Source: Cyanophora paradoxa CCMP329
Taxonomy: Eukaryota > Plantae > Glaucophyta
DNA length: 52,020 bases
NCBI GenBank assembly: GCA_004431415.1
Contig: QPMI01000680.1
Span: 1 to 52,020 of the forward strand
Direction: 5' to 3'
Positions 46,419 to 52,020 of this stretch are shown here, one piece after another. The translations under genes were made by a program, and so were the position numbers. The notes under the pieces were generated by a model, which was not told the origin of the DNA, ran no database searches, and was given only the letters and a program-made list of their open reading frames with translations. The stretch's first letter is position 1. Each line of letters begins with the position of its first letter.

Positions 46419-47478
46419 GCGGCCTACTAGGCAGCCTGAAAAGGCGGGTGGCAGCTTGCCGCGTGTACAGCATCTTCGCCGCCGCCGTCGGGATTATCAT
46501 TATCGCCAGAATCCCCATCATGGCATCATGGCATTATTAAAATTCTCTTGAATTCGAACTTTTAAACGCTCAGCGGCTGTCCGCGTCGACGATTCGGAGC
46601 CGGGAGTTCATCACTCAGCGGCTCGCCGAGTCGCTCAGTAAAAGCTCAAGGGGATTGTTTGGTTTGTGACACGGATCCGGATTCGGATCCGTTTGTGACA
46701 ACTGCAGAATTCGGCACATGTACAGCTTCGAATTCATGTGATCATGCTCGAATTCGTGCTTGTTCAATTCAACTTGGCAATGGTTCGTGCTTGTTTATAC
46801 GCGGATCCATCGATGTCGGATCGTGATTAGAAAGTGCACGTGCGTCCGACGGTCTCCGACTCCGACCGACTCCGACGGCACAGCTTCTCAATCACGCGTA
46901 TTCTATTTACAGCAACCTCATTCTTAATTAAAACGTGAAATGATGAGGCCGGGGTTCGATTACTTGAGGGTTAGCGAACTCTTGATTGCAATCATCTGCC
47001 GAAATTGAAAAAAAAACACTTCCGGTTATTATCATACAGCGCTCGCGCTTGCATCTTGACTATTCTACAGAGGGAAGGCATCTCAGCAAACTGCGAAACG
47101 TTATAAATTACTAAAGCTAAACATAACGCGAAGATAAATCGCGCTATATAGAATATTCGGTTTCACGTGCATCGACAATTCAGAAGGAATGCAAAGCAGC
47201 CACTCTGGCGAACGAGCCACTGGGCCACATGCCATCACTGTCTTTAAATATGCGAGCTAGAAAAATGGTGAGCGGGACCTTCGAAGGGAATTGCGCGTGA
47301 AGGGCATGAGGGAAGGCATAAAACGAAAATGATGTACATGCATGTACGCCGACAGAAGCTTGCCCTTAAATTCTGCCGGTAAACTAGTAAAACTGTGCGG
47401 TGGCTACGCAGTACTGGATGCATGGAAACCGCGCCGCGGTCGCCGTATCCCGACCCCCGACAGCTTGCCGACCCCCCC

Positions 47479-50400
47479 TCAGATGCCGGGGGATACGGAC
47501 AGGGGGGGCGGGGCGAGGGCGGGGAGGGGGGGGATGGCGGCGAAGGAAGGCAGCGAGCCGGAGGAGGGTACGAGGGAGGCGGAGGAGGAGACGCCGCCCG
47601 GGGCGGCCGCGGGGCGGCGCCAGGGGGTGAACTTGTCGAGGGCGGCGAGGAGCTCGTCGCGCTTGACGGGCTTGCGCAGCACGGCGTCCATCCCGCTGCT
47701 GTAGCACCGCCGCTCGTCCGCGCTCATCGCGTTCGCCCTGCGCCCCCTCAGCCGGGCCGGGGCGGGGCGGGGCGGCGGGGCGGGGCGGCGCGGACGTGAG
47801 GGCGACGATGGGGACGCGGGGCCGGGGCGAGCTGCGGCCGCTGCCGCCGGGCTCGGCGACGCGGCCGCCGCCCTCGCGCTCGAGGCGGCGGATCTCGAGC
47901 GTCGCCTCGCACCCGTCCAGGCGCGGCATCTGCATGTCTGCCCCCGCGTCAGCCTCCGCGAGAGGGCGGCGCCCGGCGGGCGCCCGGCGGCCGCACCCAT
48001 GAGGATGAGGTCTGCGGGGCGCGGCGCGGGGCGTCAGCCGCTGGGCCGCGGGCGGGGCGGGATCGCGGGTGGGCGGGGCGGACCGGGGGCGGGGCCGGCG
48101 GCGAAGCGGTCGACGGCCTGCTGGCCGTCCCACGCGACCTCGATCTCGATGCCGACGCGGCGCAGCATCTGCTCCACGATCTTCTGGTTCAGCGCCTGGT
48201 CCTCCACCAGCAGGATCCGCGGCGGGCCTCGAGCTCCCGCCGGGCCGACGGCGCCGGCTCGAGGGCGGGGAAGGGGCGGGGCTCGTCGCCAGCCGCGGCT
48301 GCGGCTGCGGCTGCGGCGGGGCGGGGGCGCCGGGCCCGCGAGCGCGTCGAGGGCGAGCGGGGCGGGGCGAGGCCGTTCGGGCCCGGGGCCGCCGGCCCGC
48401 CCGCAGGGGAGCCCCCGACCGGGGACTGCACGCCGCTGATCCACCCGGGCAACAGAGACCCGCGCTGCTGCGCATGGCGCGAGATCGAGCCGAGGAGCAG
48501 GTAGAGCTTGACGAGCCGCAGCGGCTTGGCCAGCCACGCGGGCGCCCGCTCGGCCGGCGCCGCGGCGGCGTCGCGGTGGGGCGCCGGTGTCAAGGGCATC
48601 GGAGCGCCGGAGGGCGTCGGCGGGGGGCGGAGGTGGCCGGAGGCGGTGAGGACGGCGCCGCGGCGGTTGATGCTCGAGAGGAGGACGGGGACGGGCCCCG
48701 CGGCCGGCCCCTCGCCCCCCGCGGCGGCCGCGGCGACCTCGCGGAGCAGTGCGGTGGCGACGCCGGGGCCCCGCTCCGCCGCGAAGAGCCCCGCCCCTTC
48801 CGGCCCCGCCGCGACGACCCCGCGCCCGCCGCAGCCGCCCCAGCCCCGGCGCGCCCTCCTCCGCCCCCGAGTCGCCCGCCGCGGGGCTCAGCGGCGGCGC
48901 CGCGGCGGCGCCCTCCGGGCCGGCAGCGCGGCGGCCTTGGGGCTCGCCGCGGGGCCCAGCGCGAAGCGCCCGCTCGCCCCGTCCGCCGCCTCGTGCGCTG
49001 CCGCCCCGCCCGTGAGCCGCGGGCTGCGGCGGGGCGGGCGGGGCGGGCGGGGGCGGACCGGGGAGGTCGTCGTCGACAAGGACGGCGTCGAAGCGGTGCG
49101 GGCCGCGCAGAAGGGCGCGCGCGCGGGCCGCGGAGCGCGCGAAGGCGACCGGGCAGCCGAGCGCCGCGAGGTACGCCGCCAGCGCCTCCCGCACCGGCGC
49201 GCTGCCGCCCCCGCCCTCAGCCGCGCGACGGGGCGGGCGGGGCGGGCGGGGCGGGGCGGGGCACCAGCTGGTGGCGACGAGGACGGAGACGGGCGGGTCG
49301 AGACGCAGGTCGCCCGGGCTCGAGGCAGCTGGTTCGACGGCCGCCGGTCCGGCTGCGCCCCCTGCCGCCGGCATCAGGCGGGGAGCCCGGGCGGCCGGGC
49401 GGGGGCGCACGGAGGGCCGGGGAGGGCGGGCCGGCGGGGCGGGGCGGGGACGGGGCTGAAGGGGAGCTCGACGACGAAGGTGGTGCCGGCGCCGAGGTCG
49501 ACGTGGCGGAGATGCGCCCGCCCATCAGCTCCGCCAGCTGCTTCGAGATGCTCAGGCCTGCGCAGGCCCGCCCCGTCAGCCCGGCCCCGGCGCGGCCCGG
49601 CGCGGGGCGGGCGGGCGGGGCGGGGGGGGGGGGGGGGGGGGGGCGGACCCATGCCGGTGCCGCCGTACTTGCGGGTGATGGTCTCGTTGACCTGCACGAA
49701 GTCCTGGAAGAGGCGGGCGACCCCCTCCGGGTCCATCCCATCCCCTGCCCCCCGCTCGGCCGGCGGCGCGCGGGCGGGCGGCGGCGGGCGGGCGGACGGT
49801 GTCGGTGACGGAGATGGTGTAGGTGAGGCGGGCGAGGGCGGCGGGGAGGCGGCGCGGCGGCCGAGCGGCGAGGAGGGGCCGTCGAGGGCGCCGTGCCGGC
49901 CCGCTGGGCGGCCTCCCGCGCGTGCTGCACCGCCTCGGCGCTCTCGCAGCGGATGAGCACGTAGCCGTCGTGCGTGAACTTGCACGCGTTGTGCTGCCGC
50001 GGCCGCCCGCTCAGCCGGCGCGCCTGGGGGGGGCGGGGCCGGCGCGGGCACCGCGAGGTTGATGAGGATCTGGCGGAGGCGCGTCGGGTCGCCGTAGACG
50101 CGCGTCGGGATGTCCGGGCTGATCGCGCACACGATCTGGCGCCCGCCGCGTGGGCGGCGCGCGGCGCGGGGCGGGGCGGGAGCAGCGCGGCGGACCTCGA
50201 TGCCCTTGGTGTAGCAGGCGGGGGCGACGAGCTCGGCGACGCACTCGATGACGTCGCGCAGGTCGAACGCGATGCTCTCCACCGTCACCATCCCCGCCTC
50301 CAGCTTCGAGAGGTCTGCGCGTACCCGGCCCTCAGCGCGGGCCGGCGCGGGGCGGGGGCGGGGCGGGGGCGGGCGCGCCCAGCAGGTCGTTGACGACGGA

Positions 50401-52020
50401 GAGGAGCTGCTCGGAGCACTGCGGGCCGCTCAGGCGCGCCGGGCGGGGCGGGCGGGGCGGGGCGGGGGCGGGCCTGGTTCATGGACTGGAGTAGTCGTGC
50501 TGCTCGGCGGAGAGGTCCGTGTCGCTGAGCAGCTGCGCCATCCCGTGATCCCGTTCAGCGGCGTCCGCACCTCGTGGCACTGCCCCCGCCCCGTCACCCG
50601 AGCACGGAGGCGCGGACCGCGGCCCGCGGCGCCCGCGCTCCGCACGCACACTGCGGCGGGCGTGAGGGGCGGGCGGCGGGCGGGGCGGGCGGCGCGGGGC
50701 GCACCGTAGGCGATGAGGCGGGCCTTGGCGTGCGCGGCGGCTGCGGCGCCGGTGAGGGGCGGGCGGGGCGGGGCGGGGCACGGGAGCCGACGCGCACCCT
50801 TCATCTCGATCATGCGGACCTTCTCGCTCATGTCCTGCCCACGCAGATGGCCCCGACGATCGAGCCGGCGAGGTCCCGCCGCCCCGCCGCGTTCACCATC
50901 AGCCGCACCGTCCGCCGCCCAGCGCCGCCGGCTCCTGCCCCGGCAGCACCTCTCCGCCGGCGTCATCACCTCGCTCTCAGAGCCTGCCGCGCGCGCGTCA
51001 GCGGCGGGGGCAGTGGCGGGGGCGGGCGGGGGCACCGGAGGCGACGGAGGCGTGGGCGCTGGCGAGGCGGCGGGCGGCGGAGGGGCGGCAGAGGAACTCG
51101 ACCTCGTGGTTCTCGACCTCGCGCCCGCGCTCGAGCACGCCGGCGAGGGTCTCGCGCAGCGCAGCGCGCCCCTCTTCCGCCCGAACGAGAGCACCGGCTG
51201 CCCAGCGCCTCCTCCCGCCGGCACCCCGTCGCCTTCTGCTCCCGCCCGCCCGTCGGTCTGGCGCCGGCGCGGGGCGGGGCGGGGCGGGCGGGCGGGCGAC
51301 GGCCATAGCGGCGTTCCACTCGACGACGAGGCCGGCGGGTCGACGGCGAAGATGGGCGCGTTGCTGTACTGGATGAGGCAGCGGAGGTCGTGCGCGAGCA
51401 GCACGGCCTTCGACTCGGACTCGCGCAGCGACTCAGCAGCGCGTGCCGCTCGCTCACGTCCCGCACCACCAGCACCAGCATCTCCCCGCCCGCCGTCCGC
51501 ACCGCCCCGCCGAGATCTCCGCCGGAAGCGCGCCCGCGCCCGGCCGCACGCAGACGAACTCGCGGGCTCGGCGGGGGCGGGCGGGGCGGGCTTGGGGCGG
51601 GGGCGGGGAGGAGGAGCTCGCGGAAGCGCTCGCGCAGCGGCGTCGACGAAGAGCTCGGGGAAGGCGGCGCCGAGGACGTCCTCCGGCCGCGCCACGCGAA
51701 GAGCGCCAGCGCCGCGCGTTGAGCTTCGCCACGCGCCCGCGCCGTCGACGACGAAGACGGCGTCCATCATGCCCGTGATGATGGCGAGCAGGGAGCGCAT
51801 CTTGCCGATCGCCGCCCCGAGGTGTGCAGCTCCTTCACGAACGAGCGAGGCGCCGCTCGGGCTCCTCGGCCCCGTCCGCAGCGCCGCCACCGCCTCCACT
51901 CCGCGAGAAGTGCCGCAGCTGCCGCGTCATCTGCCGCCGCCTGTCAGCCCCGCCCGCCGCGCAGCGCCCGCCAGGCCCGCGCGCCTCGACGGAGATGACG
52001 GCGACGAGGGCGATGATGAC
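47479..52020 (-). CDS. Hybrid histidine kinase (TM?-PAS-PAS-HisKA-HATPase-REC-REC); 5' end lies outside the window
   Basis: PAS segments DAVFVVD and LIQYSNAPIFAVD...EWN. H-box HEVRTPLNG. GDPTRLRQILINL..NACKFT and RKYGGTG.GLSISKQLAELMGG. REC motifs RILLVEDQALNQ, DMQMPRLDG, PIVALTANA and LRKPV. Several frameshifts in GC tracts. Confidence 0.93.

Noticed and set aside
46935-47010. C/D snoRNA or tRNA-like element (ATGATGA, GGTTCGATT)
   Set aside because: No matching CTGA D box with a terminal stem, and no cloverleaf.
20000-52020. Many long Arg/Pro/Gly/Ala-rich ORFs (e.g. 22664-24823, 34157-35872, 36463-38007, 48069-49808)
   Set aside because: Shadow or read-through frames caused by very high GC. 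The real genes are spliced and are explained by the models above.
47479-52020. Bacterial contamination or phytochrome call for the kinase
   Set aside because: It has many host-type introns, and no GAF/PHY domain is visible within the window.

Overview
GC-rich, intron-dense nuclear DNA from a photosynthetic eukaryote. A glaucophyte such as Cyanophora is my best inference: the PsbP-domain gene has a Phe-at-position-2 transit peptide and no ER signal peptide, and the window also has a eukaryote-type glycogen debranching enzyme and a hybrid histidine kinase. Bases 1-12617 are a head-to-tail array of a ~5.2 kb unit (about 2.4 copies visible). Each unit carries a spliced orphan gene whose last exon has Ulp1/C48 (CE-clan) cysteine-protease-like motifs. 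Bases 12.6-20 kb are an accessory zone with a Cys-rich/mucin/IPT-like surface-protein gene and a cluster of hAT-type MITEs. Bases 20-52 kb are gene-dense: a debranching enzyme whose transferase catalytic residues are all replaced, another hAT MITE, two hypothetical genes, a PsbP-domain lumen protein, a PHD+BAH chromatin protein, NCBP2, RPS7, TRM10, an MFS transporter and a truncated PAS-PAS-HK-REC-REC kinase. About 45% of the donors I could place in the debranching gene are GC-AG. Many 1-bp indels in homopolymer/GC tracts look like long-read consensus errors, so exon coordinates are approximate. Most raw ORF-track calls are GC-driven shadow ORFs.
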